Source: Candidatus Latescibacterota bacterium (GTDB lineage Bacteria > Latescibacterota > CBDEFO01). From it: a DNA stretch of 64,000 nt. Where the stretch lies: contig OZ252149.1 in NCBI GenBank assembly GCA_965248755.1, forward strand, positions 2,400,001 through 2,464,000, read 5' to 3'. Under the pieces are notes generated by a model. The model had not been told where the DNA came from, made no database searches, and worked only from the letters and a program-made list of their open reading frames with translations. The translations under genes were made by a program, and so were the position numbers. Position 1 is the first letter of the stretch; each line of letters begins with the position of its first letter. Shown in pieces: positions 41,821 to 50,963 of the stretch.

Positions 41821-42021
41821 GATATGTTGACCTCCGTGATACCTCCGTGAGCCCTCCGTGATTTACAAGAGCCCTCCGGATTTGTAATTTTTAATTGGGC
41901 CGATTTGAGACACCAAAAAAACTGACCGAGGTGTCTCCATCGTCCAGAATTACAGAAGATTTCTGACGTTTAGACAGGGCTCGAGTGAGACGCCTCAAAA
42001 CCTTAACGGTGAGGTGTCTCA

Positions 42022-42603
42022 ATGTGGCAGAATTACGGAGGATTTTTCCAAGATTGGGAGATTGCAGTTGCCAAGAATCTGATCAACGAATTTCGTGAGC
42101 AGTGGACCTGCCTGGAGCGGGAAGGTTTTGATGATCTGTTTCAGGAATGTCTTACTCACTGGTATTTTGCCAAGGATGACTACGACCCCGCACGTAAGGC
42201 GTCTCAAAAAACGTTTATGGGGAAAGTCATCCGAAACAAGCTCAAGGACCTTGTCGATGAAAGAGAAGCAGATAAGAGAAAGATAGCCCATCTCACCGTT
42301 TCTCTTGATGAGCTTTTAGGAGATGATGAGGACTCTACCCCCTTAATTGACAAGATTGATGCGAGCATCATCACCGATGCCTCTCCCAATCCTTTTTTGA
42401 GAATCGAGTTAAAGTTAGACCTCTCAAAAGCCCTCCAGAAGCTCACCCCGCAACAAAAGACACTCTACCATTTATGCGAGAAGGGGTTTAACATCACAGA
42501 GGCAAGCGAATATCTCAAGACACCTCGAAGTACCCTCTATGATGAGATCGAACGCATAAGGACAATCTTTATGAAAGAGGGTCTTGAAGACTACCTGAAA
42601 TAA
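42022..42603 (+). CDS. Sigma-70 family (ECF-like) sigma factor of the element
   Basis: DDLFQE, YDPARKASQKTFM..VIRNKL, SLDE; region 4 LTPQQK...EASEYLKTPRSTLY. Confidence 0.85.
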   Translation: MWQNYGGFFQDWEIAVAKNLINEFREQWTCLEREGFDDLFQECLTHWYFAKDDYDPARKASQKTFMGKVIRNKLKDLVDEREADKRKIAHLTVSLDELLGDDEDSTPLIDKIDASIITDASPNPFLRIELKLDLSKALQKLTPQQKTLYHLCEKGFNITEASEYLKTPRSTLYDEIERIRTIFMKEGLEDYLK

Positions 42604-42607
42604 TCCT

Positions 42608-42640
42608 TCCGACACTTTCCCGAAATATTCCGTATATACG
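42608..42640 (+). promoter_or_regulatory. Putative element-sigma promoter (rightward)
   Basis: TCCGACA-N11-TATTCCGTATATACG. Confidence 0.65.
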
Positions 42641-42678
42641 TGATAGAAGCAGTCTTAACTCGAACAGGAGGACAAGAA

Positions 42679-43008
42679 ATGAAGGTCGTATGCAGGTTCA
42701 AATTTCATGAAGGATTAGAAAGGGAAATGATTGAGACCCAGCTTGCTCTTGCCATCGTTGCGGCTGAGTGTACTTTTGGTCAGCCTAAGGTAAGGATCAG
42801 TGCCGGCTACTGTGTCTCAAAAGAAAAGCCTCAGGTTGCTATTGATGTTTCTACCGAAGTGGGGGAGCACATCGCCCAGGTCTTTACCGGCTTGATGATC
42901 CGACAGCTTGGTGAGGATAATTTCACTGTGGATAGGATAGAAACAGATGCCCCCCTGAGGCCTGTTACTTCCCCCAACAAGCTGGAAGGGATTACCGGAA
43001 ATGAATAG
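42679..43008 (+). CDS. Hypothetical protein
   Basis: AGGAGG RBS; overlaps the primase start. Confidence 0.7.
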   Translation: MKVVCRFKFHEGLEREMIETQLALAIVAAECTFGQPKVRISAGYCVSKEKPQVAIDVSTEVGEHIAQVFTGLMIRQLGEDNFTVDRIETDAPLRPVTSPNKLEGITGNE

Positions 43009-45433
43009 AAGGTCATTCTTTGAGATACTGTATGGCGATGATATTGAGGGAAGAGGTATCGAGCTAAGAGCTATCGGTACAGGTCCTGTGAAGCGGAAAT
43101 TCTGTAAAGGCATAGAGGAGGCCATCAGCTATCGATGCCCAGAAGGTTATGATCTGTACGTTGGAATTGCACTGAGGCGCGGGCAGAAGGGAGATAAGAA
43201 CGATATCTCCTCTGTTCCAGCGTTCTGGTGCGACCTAGATGCAAAAGACTTTAATGGAGATACAAATAAGATTCTGGAAAGAATCAATAACTTTGAGTTC
43301 CAGCCCACAATGCTGGTGAATTCAGGAGGAGGGATCCACGCCTATTGGGTGTTCAAAGAAGCATTTGAGATCGAAAGCCTTGAAGACATATTTTACATCG
43401 AGGGACATCTCAAAGGCATCCAGGAAACCCTCGGGGGAGATGAAGGAACATGGGACCTACCGCGGATATTGCGTGTCCCAGACACATATAACCACAAATA
43501 TAGCCCTCGGCGTGAAGTGAAAGTTGTACATCTCGAACCTTCCCTCCGATATAACCCGGGCGATTTCGATGACTACCACGTGGACCCTCCGGCTGAAAGC
43601 AGCTTCTCAGATCGACCCATCCCTCAGGATTTAGCGCTGACAGCTACGGACAAAGTCCTGATTCAGTCGTTATCCAAAGAGTTGCAGGAGATCTTTAAGA
43701 CTGGAGGCCTGCCTGATGACAATACAGGAGAGATAGATCGTTCAAGGGGCCTGTGGAGGATCGGACGGGAGTTGAAACGCCAGGACGTGAGCTGGGACCA
43801 GTTCTACAGGATAATGCATAACAGCGACAAACTGGGTAAGGCAGAAGGACGAGAAGAGAAATACTACAGGCAGATTTGGGACAAGAATTCAGAGACCTCT
43901 CTTGGCGTAAAGAGCGAAGTCACTTCCATTCTTAGGCGCAAGGGGATGAAGGTCTTTATGAAGAGAAGGCTCATTTCAGAGATTGTCATCAAGGATCTGA
44001 AGACGAGGGGATACTTTGTTTGCACAGACAGGGACCTCTACTACTTCTCTGATCAAGACAAGAAACTGTTGCCTATCGAGGATCAGTACTTTGCCGCTGC
44101 GATTGAAGACTTCTACGGAATCAATATTTCAGAGATGGAGTTCAAATATCTAATGGGTTCTATCCAAACAGAGACACTGCAAAGAGGGACTAAGGCAGAT
44201 ATATATCGCTTCGCCTTCTACGACAAAGAGACTAAGGAACTCTACATCTCCCGGTTCGACGGTCAGGCGTACAGGTTGGATGGCGAAAAAATAGACCTTA
44301 TCTCCAATGGTGAGGACGGCGTCCTATTCTTGGACGAACCTTATTGCCATCCTTTCGAATACATGCCTGATAGATCCAAGGAGAGGCTCTTCACCAAGCT
44401 GTTCGTCAACCCTGTAAATTTTTCCACTGGGGGAGATGTTACCTTGTCCAAAAACGAGCAAAGGCTCTTATGGGGGGTCTGGATATACTCGCTGTTCTTT
44501 GAATCACTATTGCCGACAAAGCCGATTGTCTCGTTCCTTGGGGAAAAGGGGAGTGGGAAGAGCTCGACACTGCGCTGGGTTATTCAGCTCCTTTTTGGAC
44601 CTGAAGCTGATGTATTATCGCTGGCGAAAGAAAAAGAAGATGCTTTTCTGTCCGCCGTGACGAACAACCATATATGCATATTTGATAACTGTGATGGCCG
44701 TATAAATTGGCTGAACGATCACCTTTCCGCGTTGGCGACAGGAGGGCACATAACACTCAGGAAGCTCTATACCACAAATGAGTCAGTTAGCTATAAGCCT
44801 AAAGTGTTTTTGGGGTTGACTGCCCGGACGCCGCAGTTCAAGCGTGACGATGTAGTAGACCGGCTATTGATTTTTAAAGTAGACCGGATAGAGCCCTTCA
44901 TATCTGAGAACACACTACGAGAAGAGAGACTTTCGCAAAGGAACCTGATCTGGTCAGAACTCCTTGAAAATTTGAACGTAATAGTAGCAACGTTAAAGGA
45001 GGATAACGAAGAAAAGTTTACTACGAATCACAGGATGGCAGACTTCGCAGAATTGGGCTATCGAATAGCATCTGGCCAGGGATTTGGTGAAGACTTCAAG
45101 AACGCTCTGAAGAAGACGCAAGAAGAACAGGATATCTTTCTGTTGGAGGATGAGCCCATATATTTAGCCTTGGAAATCTGGATTCAGGATAAAGGGAACC
45201 GAGGGGATGAATTAACCGCTGCTGAGCTTAGGGCAAAACTAGAAACAGTCGCTAGTGATAATAGTATTATATGGCCCTATGAGACCACTACTCCACAATC
45301 CTCAAAAAAACCGATAAGCTTTGCAAAGAAACTTAATAATATATGGAGTAACTTACAGGCGTTTTTTGATTGCAATAAAAAAGAGGTGGGAGGTAGAAAG
45401 AAACTCTACTCGTTTAACCTAAAAAGTAGATGA
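43001..45433 (+). CDS. RepB-type primase fused to a P-loop helicase/ATPase
   Basis: FWCDLD, PTMLVNSGGGIHAYW, RILRVPDTYNHK; Walker A GEKGSGKS; IFDN; RKLYT. Confidence 0.85.
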   Translation: MNRRSFFEILYGDDIEGRGIELRAIGTGPVKRKFCKGIEEAISYRCPEGYDLYVGIALRRGQKGDKNDISSVPAFWCDLDAKDFNGDTNKILERINNFEFQPTMLVNSGGGIHAYWVFKEAFEIESLEDIFYIEGHLKGIQETLGGDEGTWDLPRILRVPDTYNHKYSPRREVKVVHLEPSLRYNPGDFDDYHVDPPAESSFSDRPIPQDLALTATDKVLIQSLSKELQEIFKTGGLPDDNTGEIDRSRGLWRIGRELKRQDVSWDQFYRIMHNSDKLGKAEGREEKYYRQIWDKNSETSLGVKSEVTSILRRKGMKVFMKRRLISEIVIKDLKTRGYFVCTDRDLYYFSDQDKKLLPIEDQYFAAAIEDFYGINISEMEFKYLMGSIQTETLQRGTKADIYRFAFYDKETKELYISRFDGQAYRLDGEKIDLISNGEDGVLFLDEPYCHPFEYMPDRSKERLFTKLFVNPVNFSTGGDVTLSKNEQRLLWGVWIYSLFFESLLPTKPIVSFLGEKGSGKSSTLRWVIQLLFGPEADVLSLAKEKEDAFLSAVTNNHICIFDNCDGRINWLNDHLSALATGGHITLRKLYTTNESVSYKPKVFLGLTARTPQFKRDDVVDRLLIFKVDRIEPFISENTLREERLSQRNLIWSELLENLNVIVATLKEDNEEKFTTNHRMADFAELGYRIASGQGFGEDFKNALKKTQEEQDIFLLEDEPIYLALEIWIQDKGNRGDELTAAELRAKLETVASDNSIIWPYETTTPQSSKKPISFAKKLNNIWSNLQAFFDCNKKEVGGRKKLYSFNLKSR

Positions 45434-45436
45434 TCT

Positions 45437-45705
45437 ATCTTCACCATCTTCACCCATCTTCACTGCTATCTTCACCACATCAAGTTACACTTTTACAATA
45501 TCTTATAGATGTTAGTGAAGATAGTGAAGGTAACTTTCCAAGAGTATTAATAAAAATATATTTATAAAAAAGAGGGGAATATATAAAGAATACGCATCTA
45601 TTATTCACTACCTTCACTTGCTTAACGTAAGTTTATGTTTCGGAACATGTTAGTGAGGTGAAGGTAGCTAAAAACGTATCTTCACCTATCTTCACCATCT
45701 TCACC
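45437..45705. repeat. Iteron-like repeat cluster (putative replication origin)
   Basis: About 11 copies of A(T/C)CTTCAC in both orientations around an AT-rich core. Confidence 0.75.
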
Positions 45706-46045
45706 GCTTTTCTGGGAGGTTGAATCTCACTTTGGGAAGTTCTGCGCTGACTTAATCGAATCTGATTAGGTAGCTACAGATTCTTTATAGCCCTTAAATG
45801 CTATATATAGCAAATAAACTTCAGGAGTATATAGGTATATCGGTTGTGAATCACCTAGGCGATATTCACCAGTGAAAGAACTCTATATGAAAGAGACACA
45901 AGGCTCTACGTGTACGAAAGACTTGCTCCGAAGGTTGATAAACATCTCGCAAAAGCCCTAAACGACAAATCTCGTCACCTTGCTGGAGAAAAGATACAAT
46001 TAGGAAAGAGCGCAGGACAAGTCTGTCTCTGATGCTTTTGCTGAA

Positions 46046-46315
46046 ATGTTTAATAAGGCTATAGACGATCTCAAAGAGCATTATATGAAGGGCATTGATG
46101 ACTATATCGAAAGGTATCACAGGAGCCTTTATGAGGAAACCAACCAGTCGTTGAAGAGGCTCGATGAAGTTTGGGTAGCAGGTCTCAAAGGAGATGCAAC
46201 GTCTGAAGATTTCAGAGAGGTCCTGAAAGAGTGGTATTTACTAAATATCAAAGAGATTGAGATCTACAAAAAGGAGGTTCCCGATGACCATATCGAAGAA
46301 GCAGTTGGAGGCTAA
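46046..46315 (+). CDS. Hypothetical protein
   Basis: Plausible helical ORF in the element operon. Confidence 0.5.
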   Translation: MFNKAIDDLKEHYMKGIDDYIERYHRSLYEETNQSLKRLDEVWVAGLKGDATSEDFREVLKEWYLLNIKEIEIYKKEVPDDHIEEAVGG

Positions 46316-47201
46316 CAGGAAGAACGCACAGAAGGGTGGAGTAAAGACCCCAGAAGGTAAGGAAGTAGTCAAACACAACGCCCTCAAACATGGATTACTC
46401 GCAAAAGAGGTAGTCATTACAGTAGGAGAGGATGCAGAGTGCCTAGAAGAGTTTAACGCTCTGTTAGGAGACTTAAAGACACAGCTTATTCCGGAGGGGA
46501 CTTTAGAGGAGATGTTAGTAGAAAAGATAGCAGTTTCCTACTGGAGGCTCAGGAGGGCGTATAAATATGAGGTAGGGCTTATCAGGCAAAACTTGGATAC
46601 CACTACAAATGACTACTATAACCAGACGGACTGGCAGGACAGGAAGATAAATAAGACGGAGGAAGAGATAGAACAGGAGATAGAACAAAAAATAGGAAGG
46701 ATCAAATATTGGAAAAAGGACAAGAGAGACTTACAGAGAATGCACAAAGAAGGCAAACCTTTAGAGGAGATTTACGACTGGGAGGAGAATTGGAAAGGGT
46801 TCTACGATGAGGTACACGATCTCATCGAAGAGGAAGGTTTAGAATTTGAAGATTTAGAGCCCGAGCAGTTGATAGAATTCCTGACTGATAAGGTTGGTTG
46901 GAATGATGATCTTATTTGGAAGGCCCTTGTAGAGCTTTGCGATGAAAAAGTAGAATACCATAAAAGGCAGATTAAGGATTTAGAGAAGGAGAAAGAAAAG
47001 AACAGGCTTAAAATTGAGGTGTTAAAAAGACTGGGAAACATTCCTTCAAAGGAGGAGTTAGAACGGCTCTTAAGGTATGAGGGCTCGCTAGAGAGGCAGT
47101 TTTATAAGGCATTAAATCAGTTAGAAAGAATACAAAGATTACGCTTGGGGGACAAGATATCTGCCCCTGTGGAGGTGGATTTGAACGTAAATACGGAGTA
47201 A
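46284..47201 (+). CDS. Hypothetical mobile-element protein
   Basis: AAGGAGG RBS; N-terminal SKKQLEANRKNAQKGGVKTPEGK...NALKHGL; C-terminal LLRYE..LERQFYKAL. Confidence 0.75.
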   Translation: MTISKKQLEANRKNAQKGGVKTPEGKEVVKHNALKHGLLAKEVVITVGEDAECLEEFNALLGDLKTQLIPEGTLEEMLVEKIAVSYWRLRRAYKYEVGLIRQNLDTTTNDYYNQTDWQDRKINKTEEEIEQEIEQKIGRIKYWKKDKRDLQRMHKEGKPLEEIYDWEENWKGFYDEVHDLIEEEGLEFEDLEPEQLIEFLTDKVGWNDDLIWKALVELCDEKVEYHKRQIKDLEKEKEKNRLKIEVLKRLGNIPSKEELERLLRYEGSLERQFYKALNQLERIQRLRLGDKISAPVEVDLNVNTE

Positions 47202-47421
47202 ATAGCGGAAAAAATGGGTTTGTTTCGCAAAAATAGGTTTTACAGTGGACCAATACTCGAACCGGAGAGAAAGCATCTTCTCCTTGTTTTTCTCTTTGTT
47301 GTCTACCTATACTATGTATTAAAGTCTGGATTTGCCAAGAGAATCTCTATTGTGATAAAGATGTGCACTGACGACACTGACCTTCTGTGCACTTGTAAGG
47401 GTTGCCAGACTGAAAATCCCA

Positions 47422-47640
47422 ATGTATATTAAGAGCATAATAAACAGATGGAGAATTAGAAAACTCCGAGAAGCTATGGGCCACACACAGAAAAGTTTCG
47501 CCTTTGTCTGTGGCCTGAGCTGGCAAACAATCGGGGACATAGAGCGAGGAGCGAATAGGAACCCCAACACCCTAACGCTGGCGAAGATAGTACAAGCGCT
47601 GGATGTAGAACTGCAAAGCCTTTTCTGGGAGGTGGAATGA
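47422..47640 (+). CDS. XRE-family HTH regulator
   Basis: IRKLRE..GHTQ, IGDIERG..NP..LTLAKIVQALDV. Confidence 0.8.
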   Translation: MYIKSIINRWRIRKLREAMGHTQKSFAFVCGLSWQTIGDIERGANRNPNTLTLAKIVQALDVELQSLFWEVE

Positions 47641-47727
47641 TGATTCTCGAATTGGAAAAAGAAATTATTGACGTGTTACGATATGTGGCTTTAGGTGTAT
47701 TTCTTCTGATATTATCAGCAATGTCCT

Positions 47728-48075
47728 TTGCTCTATCGGATCAAAGGGGAAGATGAAGATGTGGACCTGCCTATCCTCCTGCAGACTACCCCTCAACGCT
47801 TTGGAGGACAAAGGGTGCGGTTTACTTGTCTGTTAATAATAGGGGATCGGCTTTGCAACCGCAGAGTCGGTAAGTGCTATCTCCCGCCTGGAGGCAAATA
47901 CTTCGGATGCAGGGCGTGCTACAACCTTACTTACAGAAGCTGTAAGGAACACGACAAGAGAATAGATGCCCTTATGAAGAATCCAGAGCTTCTGATGGCT
48001 CAAATGAAAGGCGACGATCTGAAAGGATCACGGTTGGACCTCAAAGCCCACGCAAAGATGATGAGATGGATATGA
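47728..48075 (+). CDS. Cys-rich hypothetical protein (probably an N-terminally truncated fragment)
   Basis: FGG.R..FTC...CNRRVGKCY...YFGCRACYNLTYRS. Confidence 0.6.
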   Translation: MLYRIKGEDEDVDLPILLQTTPQRFGGQRVRFTCLLIIGDRLCNRRVGKCYLPPGGKYFGCRACYNLTYRSCKEHDKRIDALMKNPELLMAQMKGDDLKGSRLDLKAHAKMMRWI

Positions 48076-48527
48076 CCGTACTTTCAGTAGGCATCTCGTT
48101 AGATAAAGGAGTCAAGAAGAGTAGAGGCTGAGCCCTTGACTGATCTTATATTGCCTTCCAGAAATTCATTGACATCCACTGTCAGATTTTGTACTTCTCT
48201 CCTGATTGCTCTACCCATTGTATCATTCTTCTGATTGATCAACACTCACGAATACGCAGTCCGAGCTTTTCACGATAGATTCTATCCTTCCACTCTATCT
48301 GCGCCTTGACACGGCTTTGAGGACGATGAAGGAGATCTTTCCCAGTCTCACGATTCTTGCCATCTATAAAAAGGTAGTTCAACTGTACAAAGACGTTGTG
48401 AATGGGGTAAATGGATTTACTATGTTTGTAATTTCACCTAAATCATCACAGGCGCGGATTTGTAATCCTACTTTAAGGTGGGTTCAAGACAAATAGGTAG
48501 GTTGTCCCCAATTCAAATGAGGTAGAT

Positions 48528-48923
48528 ATGTTCAGATTGAGCAAGGGACAGATGGAGGATGAGATAAGCAAGGCTATTATTAAATTTCAAAAAGAACACA
48601 TGGGCAGCGGTCCCAAAGAATCAAAGACATATATTATAGAAGATATGATTTTACTCCGGCTTAAAGGGACTTTGACGCCTGCTGAACAAAAATTGGGTGA
48701 GAGTCCAAAAGGATCGGGATTGATAAAAGAGATCAAGATGCAGCTTATGGAGTCCTCCCGGCCGCTTTTGGAGGATATAATTTGTAACCTTACTGGATGT
48801 AAAGTCACCAGCATTCATACTGACATCAGCACGAGGACAGGCGAGAGGGTCATACTTTTCATTCTGGACAAGCGCCTTGAGGAAATTTTCCCTCAAGGGG
48901 GCACTTCGTCAAAAAAGTCTTGA
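48528..48923 (+). CDS. DUF2294 (MpsC-like) protein
   Basis: SKGQMEDEIS...EHMGSGP...LTPAE...SIHTDISTRTGERV. Confidence 0.88.
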   Translation: MFRLSKGQMEDEISKAIIKFQKEHMGSGPKESKTYIIEDMILLRLKGTLTPAEQKLGESPKGSGLIKEIKMQLMESSRPLLEDIICNLTGCKVTSIHTDISTRTGERVILFILDKRLEEIFPQGGTSSKKS

Positions 48924-48948
48924 CATATTAATTTAAATACGGTATATT
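48920..48948 (+). promoter_or_regulatory. Sigma-70 promoter
   Basis: TTGACA-N17-TATATT. Confidence 0.75.
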
Positions 48949-49298
48949 ATTGGCAGTTTTAATTCGGCGGATTAGTCAAATAGCACTCTTGAAAAAGATG
49001 GCTTGTTGAAAAGTATGCCGACGCAGATTACGGTAGGTGAGTAGTCAGGCGTCGGCATTTTCTTTTGATGCGAGTTTGAAGGTCTATGGAAAAGGTGAAT
49101 GGAAAGTTTGTCAATATCCATATATTATTGGCAGTTTTAATTCGGCAGATTAGTTAAATAGCACTCTTGAAAAAGATGGCTTGTTGAAAAGTATGCCGAC
49201 GCAGATTACGGTAGGTGAGTAGTCAGGCGTCGGCATTTTCTTTTGATGCGAGTTTGAAGGTCTATGGAAAAGGTGAATGGAAAGTTTGTCAATATCCA
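48943..49298 (+). promoter_or_regulatory. Tandemly duplicated 178-bp attenuator/riboswitch-like leader
   Basis: Two near-identical units, each with terminator ATGCCGACGC...GCGTCGGCAT-TTTCTTTT and an upstream TCGGC able to pair with the 5' arm. Confidence 0.65.
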
Positions 49299-49935
49299 TA
49301 TTACTTATCTAGGAAGACCGAACAATATGATAGAACCAGAGATTTGCAACGAGCATTCCGTCCCGGACTCGGAACTCCTATCCAGAGTTATAGACGGAGA
49401 CTTAGCCGCTTTTGATGTGGTCGTAGATCGGTATAAGGGGAGGCTCTTAAACTTTGTCTTTCGGTTCATCGGAGACAAAGAAGTGGCCGAAGACATAGTC
49501 CAGGAGACCTTCTTAAGGGCCTATAGAAAACGGACACATTACGAAGCCATAGCCAATTTCTCCACGTGGCTTTTTACCATCGCGGGTAATTTAGCCAAGA
49601 CCGAATTAAGACGGCGCAAAAGGTGGAGATTACTGTCTTTAGACTGGAACGATGAGACACAGACGGGCTTCGATATAGCTGACGAGTCTTACCGCCCCGA
49701 CAGGGTGACCGAATCCGAGCTCATTCAGCGGAGCATACAGAGGGCAATCGATTCCCTGCCTCTGAAGTACAAACAGGTAGTCATCCTGCACGACATTGAC
49801 GGAATGCCTTATCAGAACATAGCCAAGATCGTAGGCTGCCCTGTAGGAACCGTAAAGTCCAGGGTAAATAGAGGAAGACTTAGACTTCAGAAGAAACTCA
49901 AAGCAGAGGGTAAGGACATAGGGATAGACTTCTAG
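49264..49935 (+). CDS. ECF sigma factor (RpoE/SigW-like; true start possibly ~49327)
   Basis: AEDIVQETFLRAY, FSTWLFTIA, VGCPVGTVKSRVNRGR. Confidence 0.92.
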   Translation: MEKVNGKFVNIHITYLGRPNNMIEPEICNEHSVPDSELLSRVIDGDLAAFDVVVDRYKGRLLNFVFRFIGDKEVAEDIVQETFLRAYRKRTHYEAIANFSTWLFTIAGNLAKTELRRRKRWRLLSLDWNDETQTGFDIADESYRPDRVTESELIQRSIQRAIDSLPLKYKQVVILHDIDGMPYQNIAKIVGCPVGTVKSRVNRGRLRLQKKLKAEGKDIGIDF

Positions 49936-50070
49936 CGCGCAAAAAGGAGGGATATATGGGAAAATGAACTGCAGGATCTTTGAGAAGGAGGCTCTGAAAG
50001 CAGGTCTTAAGTATTATCTGACTCTATGAATTACCCTGCTTAAATAGGTGATGAGATTCCATCTATCTTT

Positions 50071-50096
50071 AAAGAGCCCAGTATATGGGTCTTTTT
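50071..50096 (+). terminator. Intrinsic terminator-like hairpin (second copy at ~52413)
   Basis: AAAGAGCCCA-GTATA-TGGGTCTTTTT. Confidence 0.55.
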
Positions 50097-50155
50097 GCGT
50101 CGGCTTTTTGTTTTTGTGCTATACAAACAAATCTTTTGGAGGAGGTGATAAGATA

Positions 50156-50419
50156 GTGTCTGTTAGAGCTTATGTGCTGATAGATGTGGCGGGCGACAGT
50201 GTGGAAGATGTCGTGGAGGAGCTCTCCGACATAGAAGGGATAAAATTTGTCGGCCCTGCAGAAGGACGGTTACGGGATCTTACTACCCTAATGGAATCTT
50301 TCGATATTATGGCTCATATTCAGGCAGATGACAGCAATGGCTTGGGAGAAGCGATTACATCCCAGGTGAGGAGCATTGCCGGTGTGACAAAGACGATAAC
50401 GTGCATAGCAGTTGAATAA
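50156..50419 (+). CDS. Stand-alone Lrp/AsnC ligand-binding domain protein
   Basis: GGAGG RBS and GTG; VRAYVLI...FDIMA...VRSIAGVTKTITC. Confidence 0.82.
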   Translation: MSVRAYVLIDVAGDSVEDVVEELSDIEGIKFVGPAEGRLRDLTTLMESFDIMAHIQADDSNGLGEAITSQVRSIAGVTKTITCIAVE

Positions 50420-50466
50420 GAAGCAGTCATAGAGTATTCATCTATTGTTAGAGAAAGGGACAAACC

Positions 50467-50829
50467 GTGAACGCTGATCTTAAAGATGCTATTTGTGAGG
50501 AGATCACTAAATTTCAGGAATTACAGATGGGAATAGTCCCCAGGAAAGCAACTGTCCTGATAGAGGAGGATATGATCGTCGTCCATCTCAAAGAGATGCT
50601 CTCTCCTGCTGAAAAACATCTGGCCTTAAGCCAGAAGGGCCAAAATCTCCTAAGGGAGTTTAATGCGCTTCTTTTTGAGGGTCCCCGCCAATATCTGGAA
50701 GATGTGATCGTGGAGACTATGGGGCGCAAGGTTGTTGACGTTCAAACAGCGATTAGTTCCTTAACAGGCAGTATCGTCGCTCTTTTTATGTTAGGAGAGC
50801 CGGCGGAGATAGAAGTTTCCTGTGAGTAG
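50467..50829 (+). CDS. DUF2294 (MpsC-like) protein
   Basis: Paralog of 48528: ITKFQ..MG..P, LSPAE, DVQTAIS..TG. Confidence 0.82.
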   Translation: MNADLKDAICEEITKFQELQMGIVPRKATVLIEEDMIVVHLKEMLSPAEKHLALSQKGQNLLREFNALLFEGPRQYLEDVIVETMGRKVVDVQTAISSLTGSIVALFMLGEPAEIEVSCE

Positions 50830-50963
50830 ATCAGGAAGTTTCCACGGAACGTACCGAAATCTCCTTTGATGATCGGAATAATGCGGCCATTACGGAAGAC
50901 ACTTAAGAGAAACTATTAGAGTGCTAAAACCCAGTATAGCGTAAGTAACCAGGGGGTGACAAT

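Noticed and set aside
48978..49066. tracrRNA-like sequence (CTTGAAAAAG..GGC)
   Set aside because: Superficial match only; no anti-repeat, array or cas9
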